From a virus: a DNA stretch of 64,000 nt. The stretch is taken from positions 45,193-109,192 of the IMG/VR virus record IMGVR_UViG_3300009103_002144; one strand, given 5' to 3'. Below are positions 10,905 to 22,097 of the stretch, in pieces. The first letter of the stretch is position 1. Every line of letters starts with the position of its first letter. The notes below the pieces were generated by a model. That model had not been told where the DNA came from. It did no database searches and saw only the letters and a program-made list of their open reading frames with translations. Position numbers and translations under genes: made by a program.

Positions 10905-11275
10905 TATTCACCCTTTTGAATCTGAGAGAATAAGTCATCTGCATTTATCGCAGCATGATCGCTCTCAGACTTTGATATTAGATCCGCTAATTTTAGCAAC
11001 TGATCATTTGACTTATTCATTCTCTCAAGATATTTCGTCAATGTCGATCCCAGAGTTGCATGCTCTGTTGTACCCTGACTCATTGTAGTGTAAGCTTCCA
11101 CAAAAAGAATATGTGCATTTTGTCTATCGAGCGTGGCATTCTCATAGATTTCTTTCCATAAAATCTTTTTCTTTGCATCAGCATGTTCTATCTTTGATAG
11201 CATATCAGAGAATTCTTCTATTTTTTTCTCTATACTTTCAAAATCTTTTGCAGCTTCTTCGATCTTACTACTCAT
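10904..11275 (-). CDS. Hypothetical helical protein
   Basis: 123 aa, coiled-coil-like, with a GGAG RBS. Coupled to the next gene. Confidence 0.6.
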   Translation of the reverse strand: MSSKIEEAAKDFESIEKKIEEFSDMLSKIEHADAKKKILWKEIYENATLDRQNAHILFVEAYTTMSQGTTEHATLGSTLTKYLERMNKSNDQLLKLADLISKSESDHAAINADDLFSQIQKGE

Positions 11276-11284
11276 AATATCTCC

Positions 11285-12010
11285 CTACAATAAGTCTACT
11301 ATCCTGTCATCGTGAACGATTTCTTTGTAATGTTTTCTTATTTTTGACATTGAAACAGAGAGTTGTTTTGAAGTTAACCCTGATATTTCTCTAACATACA
11401 CATAGATCGCTCGCTTATTCAAGAAGTCAAGATTATCGATATTCTCAAAAACGGTGCGAATCGCTTTTGCGCAAAGCACCTCGTTTGGTTTTTTAACACG
11501 ACCATCTATTTCATCAATTACGTCCATTATTCTATCACGAAGTTCAGCTTTTTCCAAAATGTCCTGTGGTGACGGAGCAACTTTGCTATTTGCAATTTTG
11601 GCTTTATCTCTAGAATTTAATATTGACAGATCGCTCATCGATACATGACGCTGATTATTTTTCTTAGCATTCCGACACCTGATTATCAACCAATTCTTTG
11701 CTACAACATTGAAATATGAAAACGCTTTGGTACCCCTGGATGGATCCCACTTATGAATTGTCTCATATAAAAATGCGACACAGTCACCTTTCATGGATGC
11801 AGTACTTTCATAAGGGGAATTAAAGCCGTATACGTAAATAAGACTTTCCGACAATTGCTCAAAAGCAGGCATGATCTCGTGACGATATATCTTCTCTTTT
11901 TCAGACGAATCTTCCGACTGTTGATAAGCTTCTATTGATGCCTGTGTATTTTTGTTAAAATACATGTTGCGCTTTTTGCCAGGATTTCTCCGGATCTTTC
12001 TTTTGGCCAT
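11285..12010 (-). CDS. Phage sigma factor (T4 gp55-like late sigma)
   Basis: Region-2-like LYETIHKWDPSRGTKAFSYFNVVAKNWL and a C-terminal HTH-like REISGLTSKQLSVSMSKIR. Confidence 0.7.
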   Translation of the reverse strand: MAKRKIRRNPGKKRNMYFNKNTQASIEAYQQSEDSSEKEKIYRHEIMPAFEQLSESLIYVYGFNSPYESTASMKGDCVAFLYETIHKWDPSRGTKAFSYFNVVAKNWLIIRCRNAKKNNQRHVSMSDLSILNSRDKAKIANSKVAPSPQDILEKAELRDRIMDVIDEIDGRVKKPNEVLCAKAIRTVFENIDNLDFLNKRAIYVYVREISGLTSKQLSVSMSKIRKHYKEIVHDDRIVDLL

Positions 12011-12319
12011 TTATTGTTCCTCTTCTACTTCTTCAATGATGCCACCAGTCAAAAGATTTGCAACAGCCAAAATTTGGTCTCTTGACCTTTTGATATCTTT
12101 ATGAACAGTCCTTATTTGAGGACTGTCATCAAAAAGCGGAATCTCCAAAACTTTAGATATAGATTCATATCTTTCATCAAGAACATCCAGACACTCCTCG
12201 ACAGCATCCTCTACCTTCAAAATGGTAACACCAAACTTATATACATAAAATGCGAGTACGCATGTACTCGCAAAAAACAAGCAAGATGATATCGCTAAAA
12301 ATGTCTCAAGACCTGTCAA
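12011..12319 (-). CDS. Membrane-anchored hypothetical protein
   Basis: N-terminal hydrophobic helix followed by a coiled region. Confidence 0.6.
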   Translation of the reverse strand: MTGLETFLAISSCLFFASTCVLAFYVYKFGVTILKVEDAVEECLDVLDERYESISKVLEIPLFDDSPQIRTVHKDIKRSRDQILAVANLLTGGIIEEVEEEQ

Positions 12320-13484
12320 TTAAGCTCCCAAGCTTTTCATCATAAATCGAAAAAATATTCTTTAAAGAATATTTTTCTGTTATCGTCGGAGCAGCGGTTT
12401 GTGCCCAGTCAGTGGGGGGCCCAGGAGACTTCCTGAACTTGGTTAATCGAGACTTAAAATGAACCTCTTTAACATTTGCCCAATGGGCGTCTTGCATAAA
12501 AATTTGGTTATCAATCTTCTGAGGTGGGACAGGCACAAGATCATAATCTAAAGAAAGAAACTTTACTCCCTTCATAAAATCTAAATGACCCGACCAATTG
12601 GTGGCAATAACAGGGAGACCACATACAGCGGCATCTAATATCGGTAAGCCCCATCCTTCTCCCCGAGTTGGCGCAACTAAAGCCTTTACACTTTCATGCT
12701 GATATAACGATGAAATTTCGCTTTCATCCATCAAGCCGTGAGCAAGATAAAACCGCGGGTAAGGACCTGAACGTACTTGACTTATCAATTCTCTTAAGAC
12801 CATCGTAGACTGCTCACGATCTTTAACGCTAAGTCGTCCAGTGTTCGTCTTTACAATAATTCCAACATCCGGATCATTTGAAAATAGCTCTGACAACCAC
12901 CTTATATTATAAAATGTATTCTTTCGGTCAGTTTCAGGATCTTGTCCGGTAATCTGCCCGAATATAAGAAGGTTGAACTTAGTTGGTATCTGATCCATGT
13001 CAGAAGATAGTTTCTCCGCCCTGGGTGTGTGACTTAAATTACATGTAAATGCTTCAGGAATTGAAGAAATCTTATCAGGAGATAATCCCGAGTCTATGAA
13101 AATTTTTCTTGTAAACTCACTTGGGACAACTATGTGGTCCATTCTATTACAAGCATCAATCCACGCAGGATTGCAGATCGTCGTTTCTACTCCTGCAGTT
13201 ATTCCCACATTAATTCTCGCCAAAGAAGGATCCCATTCATTCGGTAGCTGAATCTGTAGAGATATATCAACAGGAGTATTTTCTGGGAACGGTGTTGTAG
13301 CCTGCATTATACGACCTACTAAACCACTCTGGAGATCTGGATTGACGTAATACGGATTACAACCCCAGGGTAAGACGTGCGTATTAATTCTCCAACCCTT
13401 TGATTCAGCCCACTGAAAAACTTGTCGTGAGTGCTCTCCATAACCGCTAATTGAAAGAAGCGGACCCCTCAAAATAACATTCAT
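12306..13484 (-). CDS. Glycosyltransferase, GT4-like (GT-B)
   Basis: SGYG N-terminal loop and TRGEGWGLPILDAAVCGLPVIAT motif. Confidence 0.9.
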   Translation of the reverse strand: MNVILRGPLLSISGYGEHSRQVFQWAESKGWRINTHVLPWGCNPYYVNPDLQSGLVGRIMQATTPFPENTPVDISLQIQLPNEWDPSLARINVGITAGVETTICNPAWIDACNRMDHIVVPSEFTRKIFIDSGLSPDKISSIPEAFTCNLSHTPRAEKLSSDMDQIPTKFNLLIFGQITGQDPETDRKNTFYNIRWLSELFSNDPDVGIIVKTNTGRLSVKDREQSTMVLRELISQVRSGPYPRFYLAHGLMDESEISSLYQHESVKALVAPTRGEGWGLPILDAAVCGLPVIATNWSGHLDFMKGVKFLSLDYDLVPVPPQKIDNQIFMQDAHWANVKEVHFKSRLTKFRKSPGPPTDWAQTAAPTITEKYSLKNIFSIYDEKLGSLIDRS

Positions 13485-13488
13485 ACCT

Positions 13489-14742
13489 TCATAACTCCCT
13501 TATCTCGAATCTATTTACCATTCTTTTGCCGCTCTGCCAATCTTCAACAAGCTTTATTAGCGAATTGTGCCACAGATTGACCGTAGTCTCTAAAGCGAAT
13601 TCGCTTGCCACATAATCACTCACTTTCTTACTAAGCGCTTCCTTTTCCTCTTTCGAGAGAGAATAAATCTTAAAAATCGCTTCAGCAGTGTCTTCTACAG
13701 AAACATAATCTTCGTAAATATATGGAACATTTTGTGAGCCCACCAGCGCCTTTAGCGAAATATCTAAAGCAACACCATTTTCAGACCCGTCTCTATGATC
13801 TATAACCTGTCTAGTTAATCCACCAGTTTTTGCAGCAACAATTGGGGTTCCAGTCTGCATTGCCTCAAGCGTTCCAAGACCAAAACCTTCTGCAAATGAG
13901 ATATTTATGCAACAATCAGAAACATTATGAAGAATGTTCATCTGCTCGAACTCTATTCTTTCCCTTGAAAATGTGACTCGGTCTAGAATCCCGAACATTT
14001 TTGCAACCTCAACCAAGTTTGGTCCTTCTGCATCAAATGGGTCAGTATGCATTAGCAGCATTACTTCTTCGCGATTATCGAGTCTATCCAAAAACAATTT
14101 CCAGGCCCATAATACATCTGCTGGGCGCTTCCTTTTTGCATTCCTGTTAACCCAAAAAGCGGTAAAGCAATTCTTGTTGTGAAACCCTAGAATCTTTTCT
14201 TTCCACTGAGCTATCTGATTTTCGGGGAGTTGGTAAAATACCTCTTTTGGTAAAGCATGCGGAATGAAGTTGGTCCGTTCCGGAAAGTTCTCTTTAACAA
14301 GTCCATACGTCATATATGAGTGACAATTTATTAGGTCAGTTGACGCATAGTAAGAGCTGTTAAACTCTGGTGTTGGCTCATTGTCCCACACATGCCAATA
14401 AGCGATTGGGCATATTTGGTGAATTTCTTCTTCCATTTCCCAAAGCCACGTAAAAAATCGAGGATCAGTAAAGATAAACAATATATCGGGCTTTTCGGTG
14501 GCTAACGCGAGACGAAGCATATCAGGATTACCAAAGCCATCAATCGGCTTGATAATAAAGTCTGGATTTACTTGCACAACGTTATAATCATTATGCTTTA
14601 AGGCAGCTCCAAACTGCCTAAAGCTCCAGCAGCCCTTTGCAATAAGGCCCTCGATTAAAAATCTTGATTGACACCCAACCCCCGACGTGCTAAGCGCATG
14701 ATCGGAAAGCATCAATATCTTATACTTCTTTTGTTCTGTCAT
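13489..14742 (-). CDS. Glycosyltransferase, GT4 family
   Basis: NRNAKRK and AEGFGLGTLEAMQTGTPIVA (EX7E). Confidence 0.92.
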   Translation of the reverse strand: MTEQKKYKILMLSDHALSTSGVGCQSRFLIEGLIAKGCWSFRQFGAALKHNDYNVVQVNPDFIIKPIDGFGNPDMLRLALATEKPDILFIFTDPRFFTWLWEMEEEIHQICPIAYWHVWDNEPTPEFNSSYYASTDLINCHSYMTYGLVKENFPERTNFIPHALPKEVFYQLPENQIAQWKEKILGFHNKNCFTAFWVNRNAKRKRPADVLWAWKLFLDRLDNREEVMLLMHTDPFDAEGPNLVEVAKMFGILDRVTFSRERIEFEQMNILHNVSDCCINISFAEGFGLGTLEAMQTGTPIVAAKTGGLTRQVIDHRDGSENGVALDISLKALVGSQNVPYIYEDYVSVEDTAEAIFKIYSLSKEEKEALSKKVSDYVASEFALETTVNLWHNSLIKLVEDWQSGKRMVNRFEIREL

Positions 14743-14764
14743 CTAATCCTCATCTACGTGGATA

Positions 14765-14792
14765 ATCATATCACAGATTATCATAAAGTATA
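14765..14792 (-). promoter_or_regulatory. Sigma70-like (early-type) promoter
   Basis: TATACT-N16-TATGAT with an extended TG, upstream of the GT4 gene. The same geometry recurs in other gaps. Confidence 0.5.
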
Positions 14793-15668
14793 TCAGCCTG
14801 GACAATGAGATGTATTCTTAAATTCGCAAAATCTACACGACTGTCTATTTTTAAGATAAATGCCCCTCCGTACGGTCTTTACCATACTTCGTAAAATCGA
14901 CAGGGCATTTTCTTCTGCCTTCGGACCAACGGAGACCTTAACTAATTCACAAGAGTCACCGGGCGTACCGCCACGCTTAAGTAATACAAACCCACACTTC
15001 ACTTCTTTTATGTCTTTACCATTCTTGTTTTTCCAAAATGACTTGTATAAAGCGATCTGAGCCCAAGTTAATATATCTCTTTTCTTACTTGCGAACCACC
15101 CCTTGTCCCCAGCTGTTTTCCAATCAATAACGTAATAGTATTCTTTGCCACGAATTTTGACTTTAAGTAATGCATCGATGAAACCCTTAAAGAAGATATC
15201 ATAGCCAGGAAAATATTCGTATAATTGCTCTTCAGCTGATATTACCTCATAATCGCCGAATTCTTCTGTCAAAAATAACGGCAGATCTGTCAAGGACGTA
15301 TCGGCCCACTTCAACCATGACCCTAGATAATCATGCCCTTTCGGTTTCCAACCCTGCGACTTTCGATGATCCGCTTGAGCTTGAATCCATTCCTCCGAAT
15401 CAAAGCCGTGAATATCCCACTCACTTTTTATCTTCTCAAGGACTGCCTGTTTATCCATTACACCCGTCTTAAGGAAATTTTCAATACCATCATGAAGAGC
15501 AGAACCGTACGACAGGTAGGGTGATGGCTCATCTTTTGCAACTTTATCGATATATACAAGACGATGGTGATAGGGACACTCTTTCCATAATCGAATTTCC
15601 GAAAATGAAACGTGCGGTTTTCCTGTTGGGAAACTAATATCTTCTGGACTTGGAATATTCATATTCAC
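14793..15668 (-). CDS. PD-(D/E)XK nuclease, Cas4/AddB-like with Fe-S cysteines
   Basis: SFSEI...CPYH, KGFIDA, VIDWKT, QIALY and C-terminal [12 protein letters not shown]. Confidence 0.85.
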   Translation of the reverse strand: MNMNIPSPEDISFPTGKPHVSFSEIRLWKECPYHHRLVYIDKVAKDEPSPYLSYGSALHDGIENFLKTGVMDKQAVLEKIKSEWDIHGFDSEEWIQAQADHRKSQGWKPKGHDYLGSWLKWADTSLTDLPLFLTEEFGDYEVISAEEQLYEYFPGYDIFFKGFIDALLKVKIRGKEYYYVIDWKTAGDKGWFASKKRDILTWAQIALYKSFWKNKNGKDIKEVKCGFVLLKRGGTPGDSCELVKVSVGPKAEENALSILRSMVKTVRRGIYLKNRQSCRFCEFKNTSHCPG

Positions 15669-16702
15669 CCCTTAAACTTCATCTTCATCCCAGGAATCCA
15701 TGCTTCTGGTTCCGGAGATCTACCTAATACCTGTAGCTCGGTTGTCGCGACTTTGAAATCATGAGCGTGCATTAAGCTGGCAAGATTAGAAAACTTTGTC
15801 TTAGGTTCCCACCCAAGCTTTTCTTTTGCTTTTGTTGGGTCTCCTAAAAGTATGGGCACCTCGTGAGGGCGGAATAGTCTCTCATCTATCTCTACATTTT
15901 CGTCAATTGATAGACCAGCAATGGAGAATACTTCTTCTAGCCACTCTTGAACCGAATGTGTCTCTCCGGTTGCTATGACATAATCATCTGGTTTTTTTTG
16001 TTGGAGCATTAGCCACATCGCCTCTACATAATCACCTGCAAATCCCCAGTCTCTCTTTGCGGAAAGGTTCCCAAGAAATAACTTCTCTTGCAGCCCAAGC
16101 TTTATTCTAGCAGCAGCAAGTGTGATCTTTCGTGTGACAAACGTTTCACCCCGACGAGGAGATTCGTGATTGAACAAAATGCCGCTTGAAATGTGCATGT
16201 CATAAGACTCACGATAATTTCTACACAGGTTATGAGCAAATACTTTAGCACAAGCATAAGGACTAGCAGGCATCAAAATTGTATTTTCGTCTTGAGGATA
16301 ATTGGGGTTATCACCGTACATCTCTGATGAGGATGCTTGATAAATCCTTATATCTTTGTTAACAAAACGAACAGCTTCAAGAATCCTTAGCGTACCCATG
16401 GCTATAGTATCAACTGTTTCTATCGGTACATCAAATGAAACTCGAACATGGGACTGCGCTGCGAGGTTATAAAACTCTTCTGGCTCATACTGCTCAAGCA
16501 ACCTATAGAGGGTTGAGGGGTCATGTAAAGAATAATATTCAAGACAAAACATGGGGTTGTTATAAATGTGATCCAAACGGTCAGTAGAGATCAAGCTTGT
16601 TCTTCTCTTAAGACCAACTACTCGATACCCTTTGCTCAATAGCAACTCAGCAAGATACGATCCATCTTGGCCAGTTATTCCTGTTACTAAAGCAGTTTTC
16701 AT
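15665..16702 (-). CDS. gmd: GDP-mannose 4,6-dehydratase
   Basis: [65 protein letters not shown]. Confidence 0.97.
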   Translation of the reverse strand: MKTALVTGITGQDGSYLAELLLSKGYRVVGLKRRTSLISTDRLDHIYNNPMFCLEYYSLHDPSTLYRLLEQYEPEEFYNLAAQSHVRVSFDVPIETVDTIAMGTLRILEAVRFVNKDIRIYQASSSEMYGDNPNYPQDENTILMPASPYACAKVFAHNLCRNYRESYDMHISSGILFNHESPRRGETFVTRKITLAAARIKLGLQEKLFLGNLSAKRDWGFAGDYVEAMWLMLQQKKPDDYVIATGETHSVQEWLEEVFSIAGLSIDENVEIDERLFRPHEVPILLGDPTKAKEKLGWEPKTKFSNLASLMHAHDFKVATTELQVLGRSPEPEAWIPGMKMKFKG

Positions 16703-17628
16703 TCCATTCCTCTTACGTTAGGATAATTCTCGATGAACCATTTACACGTCTTTTCTAGCCCATCCTCAAATGTAGTATATTGAGATCGATCCCATCCAGT
16801 TGACACAAGCTTATCATTACTGCTTGGCTTCCTAAATTGGCCGGATGGCTTTGACTTATCCCAAAAAACAGGACCATCATATTCTAGATTTTGGCAAACG
16901 AGCTCAACTACAGACGCAATACTTCTTTCCTCTGTTATACCAATATTAACAGGATCGGGATCATTGTACTCGTCTAGCAGGTAGAGTAAGATCTTCGAGA
17001 GATCCGGGGCATAGGTGAACTCCCTAAGAGCTGATCCATCGCTCCAAAAAGCAGGGGTGTTCCCAGTCTTTTTCGCTTCCCAAACTTTTCTGATTATTGC
17101 GGGAATAACATGCCCATTTTCTAAATCGAAGTTATCATGAGGACCATACAGATTGTTCGGCACAGCGCAGATGAAGTTACACCCATATTGCTGACGAAGT
17201 GCTCTAGATTGTACATCCAGCATTCTCTTTGAGTACGCATAGCCAAAGTTGCTAGAGTGCGGGGCACCGTTATGAATTTGGTCTTCAGTTAGCGGGTAAT
17301 TTACTTGGTCCGGATAAACGCAGGTAGACAAAAGCGACACAACTTTTGTTACTCCGAATTTTTTTGAAGCCTGGAGTACGTTTGTATTCATTCTAATATT
17401 ATCAGAAAAGAAGTCTGCTACAAAGTCAGTATTTCCTTTGACACCCCCAACTCTTGCCGCGAGATGGATTACAGCATCAGGAGTGTAATTCATTATCATT
17501 ACTTGCGTATCATGCCACGAGCGAAGATCGTGATGTTTAGAGCTCATAAGAATAATCTCATGATCTGTCTCCACATCTTGAAATCCGGAACCGACCATTC
17601 CGGTCCCACCTGTAATCAATACTCTCAT
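16699..17628 (-). CDS. fcl: GDP-L-fucose synthase
   Basis: [43 protein letters not shown]. Adjacent to gmd. Confidence 0.92.
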   Translation of the reverse strand: MRVLITGGTGMVGSGFQDVETDHEIILMSSKHHDLRSWHDTQVMIMNYTPDAVIHLAARVGGVKGNTDFVADFFSDNIRMNTNVLQASKKFGVTKVVSLLSTCVYPDQVNYPLTEDQIHNGAPHSSNFGYAYSKRMLDVQSRALRQQYGCNFICAVPNNLYGPHDNFDLENGHVIPAIIRKVWEAKKTGNTPAFWSDGSALREFTYAPDLSKILLYLLDEYNDPDPVNIGITEERSIASVVELVCQNLEYDGPVFWDKSKPSGQFRKPSSNDKLVSTGWDRSQYTTFEDGLEKTCKWFIENYPNVRGME

Positions 17629-18284
17629 ATTTCCATAACCTCGTAATAATGACCAATCAAAAACTTATTACCCTTGCTTAATGACTTTAGTTTATGAGAA
17701 GAATTATAATGCTCAGGGAGCATCACCCTAAAATCAAAGCTCACCCGCGTAACTCCGGTTCTATTTGGGAGATTTCCATGGATACATTGATTACCATTAA
17801 ATTTTACAACCTGACCTGGTTCAAGCTCAAACTGTCTAAAATCCATTTTTCCTGGTCTACTCTCGGCGATCGTCGTATTACTTTCGAACATGCGGGTTAG
17901 CGCAAGAATAAAATTCATTTCACCAGACGGATGATTATAGTCACCATCTTTGTGCCAGCCACCCACCGCAACATTATCTGGTAAATGAACACGAAATGAT
18001 GGCCATTTTTGATATATTAACTTGTCATTGGCACCCACGATGGGCGCTACAAAATCTTTTATAAAAGCCTTATAAGAACTTAAAAATTCTGGCCAGCCTG
18101 AGCGCATCTTATCATAAAAAACTCTATGAAACCTTGTGTCTGAATCGGATCCGGGCTCACTGAAAAACTCATATTGCTTATCTAAATCTAAGTGAAGATT
18201 ATTCAGGTCTTTTCTTCCAAAGAGATCTTGAAATAACGAGACAAACTTATACTTTTCTATATCATAATCATAATACTTTTCCAT
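17625..18284 (-). CDS. StrG-like / 2OG-Fe(II) oxygenase-fold protein
   Basis: PSFRVHLP, WHKDGDYNHP (HxD), HGNLPN.TG.TRVSFDFR. Start reassigned to ATG 18284 (GAGG RBS). Confidence 0.65.
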   Translation of the reverse strand: MEKYYDYDIEKYKFVSLFQDLFGRKDLNNLHLDLDKQYEFFSEPGSDSDTRFHRVFYDKMRSGWPEFLSSYKAFIKDFVAPIVGANDKLIYQKWPSFRVHLPDNVAVGGWHKDGDYNHPSGEMNFILALTRMFESNTTIAESRPGKMDFRQFELEPGQVVKFNGNQCIHGNLPNRTGVTRVSFDFRVMLPEHYNSSHKLKSLSKGNKFLIGHYYEVMEI

Positions 18285-19110
18285 GTATTTCCTCAATAGA
18301 AGCAATTACGTCTCGTATCCCTTCTTCTAATGTTAATTTTGGCTTCCAGTATTGTAGGATATATTCATCTGGAGGGACATCAACAAGCTTTTGCACTGTA
18401 TCCTCTTTGGTACCAGGAATGACAGGAACATTTCCGCATATTGAAGAGACAATGTTCGCTATCTCTCTTATACTCGTCCACTCAAAATTTGTCACATCCA
18501 AAGACTGACCTGCAAAACGTGATGGGTCTTTACTTATCATGTACAGCGCCCTTGAGCAGTCTTCAGCATGCAAAAATTGTCTGGTCTCCTCTCCGTTTGT
18601 AAGCATCTCTATCTTACCTTCTTGTTGGGCCTTCAAAGCGAAGTCTGTTATTACGTGCGCTTTTTGTAAATCTCTTTCAGGACCATATACATTCCAAAAT
18701 CGGGTGATCGTTCCACCCATTGAAATTGTAAGTCGTTCACCAATAAATTTCAAACCACCATACGTTGAGTGCTTCATGTCTGCCATTTGACTTGAAGCAA
18801 AAAGGAACGGCTTTGAATGCCGCTCAATGCAGCTAAACGTATTTGTCATTAGCTGAAGGTTGTTCATCATGAACCAGCTCTTATCCTGGTTCTGCTCAAG
18901 ATACCGAGAGCCCCCAACATCATAAGCAAGAAAATAAATAAAGTCAGCCTTTGATACGGCTTCTTCCAAAAACCCATTGTTATAGATTCTTAGATCTTCT
19001 CCTTCTGAATCTACTATATCAAAAGTATCAACCTCATCCCCTTGTGCCCTTATGAAATCGCACAAAGGGTCCCCAATCTGACCCGCTGAACCAAGAACAA
19101 GATGCCTCAT
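18268..19110 (-). CDS. NAD-dependent epimerase/dehydratase
   Basis: LVLGSAGQIG, YGGLK, RFWNVYGP. Start at 19110 via ATGA overlap. Confidence 0.88.
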   Translation of the reverse strand: MRHLVLGSAGQIGDPLCDFIRAQGDEVDTFDIVDSEGEDLRIYNNGFLEEAVSKADFIYFLAYDVGGSRYLEQNQDKSWFMMNNLQLMTNTFSCIERHSKPFLFASSQMADMKHSTYGGLKFIGERLTISMGGTITRFWNVYGPERDLQKAHVITDFALKAQQEGKIEMLTNGEETRQFLHAEDCSRALYMISKDPSRFAGQSLDVTNFEWTSIREIANIVSSICGNVPVIPGTKEDTVQKLVDVPPDEYILQYWKPKLTLEEGIRDVIASIEEIHGKVL

Positions 19111-20009
19111 TTTGATAAAAGCTCCTTTACCCATGACGCTGCGTCAATTGTTGGCGCCCAATTTAACGCTTCACAAACAAGAGATGTATTAGCCATTGTA
19201 TTTCGTGCATCGCCAGGGCGTTCCGGTAAATGTACATGTTCACTAGAGATAAGGTTTGCAATCTCCATTACACTAACCATCGATCCATGACCGACATTGT
19301 ACACCTTGGCATTAAATCTATCAGACCGAAATGCAGCGTTAACGTTGGCTTTCGCAACATCTTTAACGTAAACAAAATCTCTTTTTTGATGTCCGTCGCC
19401 AACAATCGTCAATGACTCTTTATTTCTTAATTGTCTAAGAAATATGGCGATTACAGGTGCGTACTGTCCTCTCTCTGGCATTCTTTCGCCAAAGACATTA
19501 AAATATCTTAGGCAAACGGTATCAAGGTCGAAAACCCTAGAATAATGTTCACAAAGAGACTCGCCATGTAGCTTACTGAGTGCGTACGGATTTAGACAGT
19601 CAGGTTTTCTATCTTCGCTATACGGTATTTCTTGATCACCGTACACAGATGAGGAAGAAGAGAATATCACTCGCTTTATGTTATACTTTCTTGAAAGCTC
19701 AAGAATGTTTAGAAGACCAGTATAGTTTTCCCATAAAGTGGGTGGGGGATTTTCCATTGCTGGTACAATTTTTGTTTTCGCAGCAAGGTGAAAAACGTAA
19801 TCAAAGTTGTGATTCTTAAAAATGCTATTCATTTTTTCCACGTCAATTACGTTCTCACGATAATTTACACATGAATCATTCCAATGAAAAACGTCGGATG
19901 CTTGGCCGCTCTCATCATCCACAACAACAACTTCATGCCCTAGCGAAAGTAGCTCATCTACAACATGACTCCCAATGAAGCCTGCACCGCCCGTAACTAG
20001 TGATCTCAC
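19107..20009 (-). CDS. NAD-dependent epimerase (UDP-hexose 4-epimerase-like)
   Basis: VTGGAGFIGSH, SSSSVYG, YALSK, LRYFNVFG, GDGHQKRDFVYV. Confidence 0.92.
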   Translation of the reverse strand: MRSLVTGGAGFIGSHVVDELLSLGHEVVVVDDESGQASDVFHWNDSCVNYRENVIDVEKMNSIFKNHNFDYVFHLAAKTKIVPAMENPPPTLWENYTGLLNILELSRKYNIKRVIFSSSSSVYGDQEIPYSEDRKPDCLNPYALSKLHGESLCEHYSRVFDLDTVCLRYFNVFGERMPERGQYAPVIAIFLRQLRNKESLTIVGDGHQKRDFVYVKDVAKANVNAAFRSDRFNAKVYNVGHGSMVSVMEIANLISSEHVHLPERPGDARNTMANTSLVCEALNWAPTIDAASWVKELLSK

Positions 20010-20045
20010 AGTATCTCCCGTATTATTCTATAAAATTAAAGTACG

Positions 20046-20990
20046 TCATAAACGAACAACTCTAACACCATCATAGTCTACATTAACTTTAATCGCTTCT
20101 GGAGGGATTTTCATGGGTTTATCCTTATGCTTAAAGAATAGAAAGAACCCGCCATTACCAGCGCCACAAAGCTTGTGGCACAAAACGCTGTTAGACGATG
20201 TTAGCTCATCATCGATTAATTTCACCTTGTTATTCTTAAGGATCATCTTTGATGAAGACTTTTTCATTTCCCAACCGTCTTTCATTATTCTAGAGAACAA
20301 AGAAATATCCTCATTACGAATTGCCATCGTCATTTCATTCACCAGATCAATCAACTCAGTTGTTGGGGGTACCTTTATCGTCTTTAGAACCTTTGTCGAA
20401 GACCTACTGACACCGGTGGGGTGCAAATATATTTCTAAATTATCGAATATTCCAGTGTTAAGATTCTCTAGTCTTGGTGGTCCTACATTACTAAATTGGA
20501 GATATTTCAGACCGGGTAATCCACAGCCAAAAGTATCTTGCCAACCCAATAGTGGGTTGAAAATTCTTTCAAGCTCTAAGGCTTCATGACAAATCCTATA
20601 TTGCGTGGCTGGTAAACCTTGAAGCTCTCTAATAGCTGCAATTATTGAAATCATATAAGAAGAAGATGATGCCAATCCAGACCCAGAAGAATATACATCG
20701 GTCGTTAGAGTTGTAGTACAAGGAGGCGTCCCAAAATGATTGAACGCTTCTCTTACCACATCGTTTTTAATCTCGTTTATAGAGCCGACTTCTTCGCGCT
20801 GAGAATAACCAACAATGTAGCGATTCTCTATAGCATTGAAGCCTCGTACATCTTTAGACAAAGTAGCGTATGTATAAAGATTAACGCTAAAATTAACGAC
20901 TGCGCCGGCGCCATGCGTGTCAATATAGGCCTGCAAATCTGATGATCCACCGACCAAGCCAATTCTTAATGGGCACTTCGCTACAATCAT
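20046..20990 (-). CDS. GHMP sugar kinase, HddA-like (heptose-7-phosphate kinase)
   Basis: PLRIGLVGGSSD, GSGLASSS, GWQD, KLCGAGNGGF. Confidence 0.85.
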   Translation of the reverse strand: MIVAKCPLRIGLVGGSSDLQAYIDTHGAGAVVNFSVNLYTYATLSKDVRGFNAIENRYIVGYSQREEVGSINEIKNDVVREAFNHFGTPPCTTTLTTDVYSSGSGLASSSSYMISIIAAIRELQGLPATQYRICHEALELERIFNPLLGWQDTFGCGLPGLKYLQFSNVGPPRLENLNTGIFDNLEIYLHPTGVSRSSTKVLKTIKVPPTTELIDLVNEMTMAIRNEDISLFSRIMKDGWEMKKSSSKMILKNNKVKLIDDELTSSNSVLCHKLCGAGNGGFFLFFKHKDKPMKIPPEAIKVNVDYDGVRVVRL

Positions 20991-20998
20991 ATATCACA

Positions 20999-22096
20999 CT
21001 AATCTATAGAATCATATATGTTTACATAAGAATCTACAACAGATTGTAGCGAAAAAGTATCATCGTATCTTTTTCTTGCAATTTGTGAAAGCCTATCACG
21101 AACTCCTGAGTCGTATAAGGAATCTATAGCAGCCGTATATTCTTCAAGCGATGAACAAATATATCCTGCGTCCCTTACTTGGTCTCTATGTCCCATTGAT
21201 GGAGCAATATGACCGATAACTGGTATAGCATGATAAAGTGCCTCTATTATCGAACTTGAGCATTGCTCACCGTCGCTTCGAGCGTGAGTATATACATCAA
21301 CCGTATTTAAGAATTGATGTACACGTAAAACATCTCCGGTAGGAGGAAGAAAAAATGCATTCTGGATATTAAGTTGTGTAGCATGCTGCTTGTAATATTC
21401 AGAGCCTCCCAAAACAACAAGACAAGTGTTCTTTTTTGAAGCACTAGAAAAGTGCCAGCCCGCCATCAGTACTTGAGAAAATATCCCGTTATCAGCCCTT
21501 TGATGCATTCCGTAAACTACTGCATCATCAGGTATTCCAAGCTCTTTTCTTAAGTCACCCACAACGGAGGGCATTTCAATTGCGGGGGGAATAACGACTG
21601 CTTTATCAGGTTCTCCTCCTGCGCGGTTCCACCGCTGATGCTGCTCTTCTGCAACAAGTACAACCTTCCTTACGTTATCTTTCTTTTCAGCCATATCTGG
21701 CAAATGGATGCTGTCCACAATGGGGGTGTTATTGATAAGCGTAAAGGGATATTCTGGATGTCCGGAACGACCGGTTTGAATTATATCAAAATCATTTTCA
21801 TCAAAAACATCCCACAAATTGGTATCGACCCATTCATGTGTAGAAGTAGTGACATCCTTCCAGCCGACATTAAACTTAACAAGTTTCACATCTGATTCTT
21901 GCATATACTTTAACCGAAAAGGGTCTGTATCTAGATGCTTAAAATCACTACCAATATATGGCGCGGCGTCGCAATAAAAGTACGTTACCTCAAACTTCTC
22001 TTTGGGAAGATTAACTGCCAATGTTTGAAGATGCTTTTCAGTACCGCCAGAACACATTCCCCCAAATTTAATAAATGCTATTTTCTTCTTTTTCAT
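20999..22096 (-). CDS. Glycosyltransferase, GT4-like
   Basis: GGTEK and DVYTHARSDGEQCSSSIIEALYHAIPVI. Confidence 0.8.
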   Translation of the reverse strand: MKKKKIAFIKFGGMCSGGTEKHLQTLAVNLPKEKFEVTYFYCDAAPYIGSDFKHLDTDPFRLKYMQESDVKLVKFNVGWKDVTTSTHEWVDTNLWDVFDENDFDIIQTGRSGHPEYPFTLINNTPIVDSIHLPDMAEKKDNVRKVVLVAEEQHQRWNRAGGEPDKAVVIPPAIEMPSVVGDLRKELGIPDDAVVYGMHQRADNGIFSQVLMAGWHFSSASKKNTCLVVLGGSEYYKQHATQLNIQNAFFLPPTGDVLRVHQFLNTVDVYTHARSDGEQCSSSIIEALYHAIPVIGHIAPSMGHRDQVRDAGYICSSLEEYTAAIDSLYDSGVRDRLSQIARKRYDDTFSLQSVVDSYVNIYDSID

Positions 22097-22097
22097 T

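Noticed and set aside
14793-15668. Cas4 as part of a CRISPR-Cas locus
   Set aside because: No other cas genes or array. Solo Cas4-like nucleases are common in phages.
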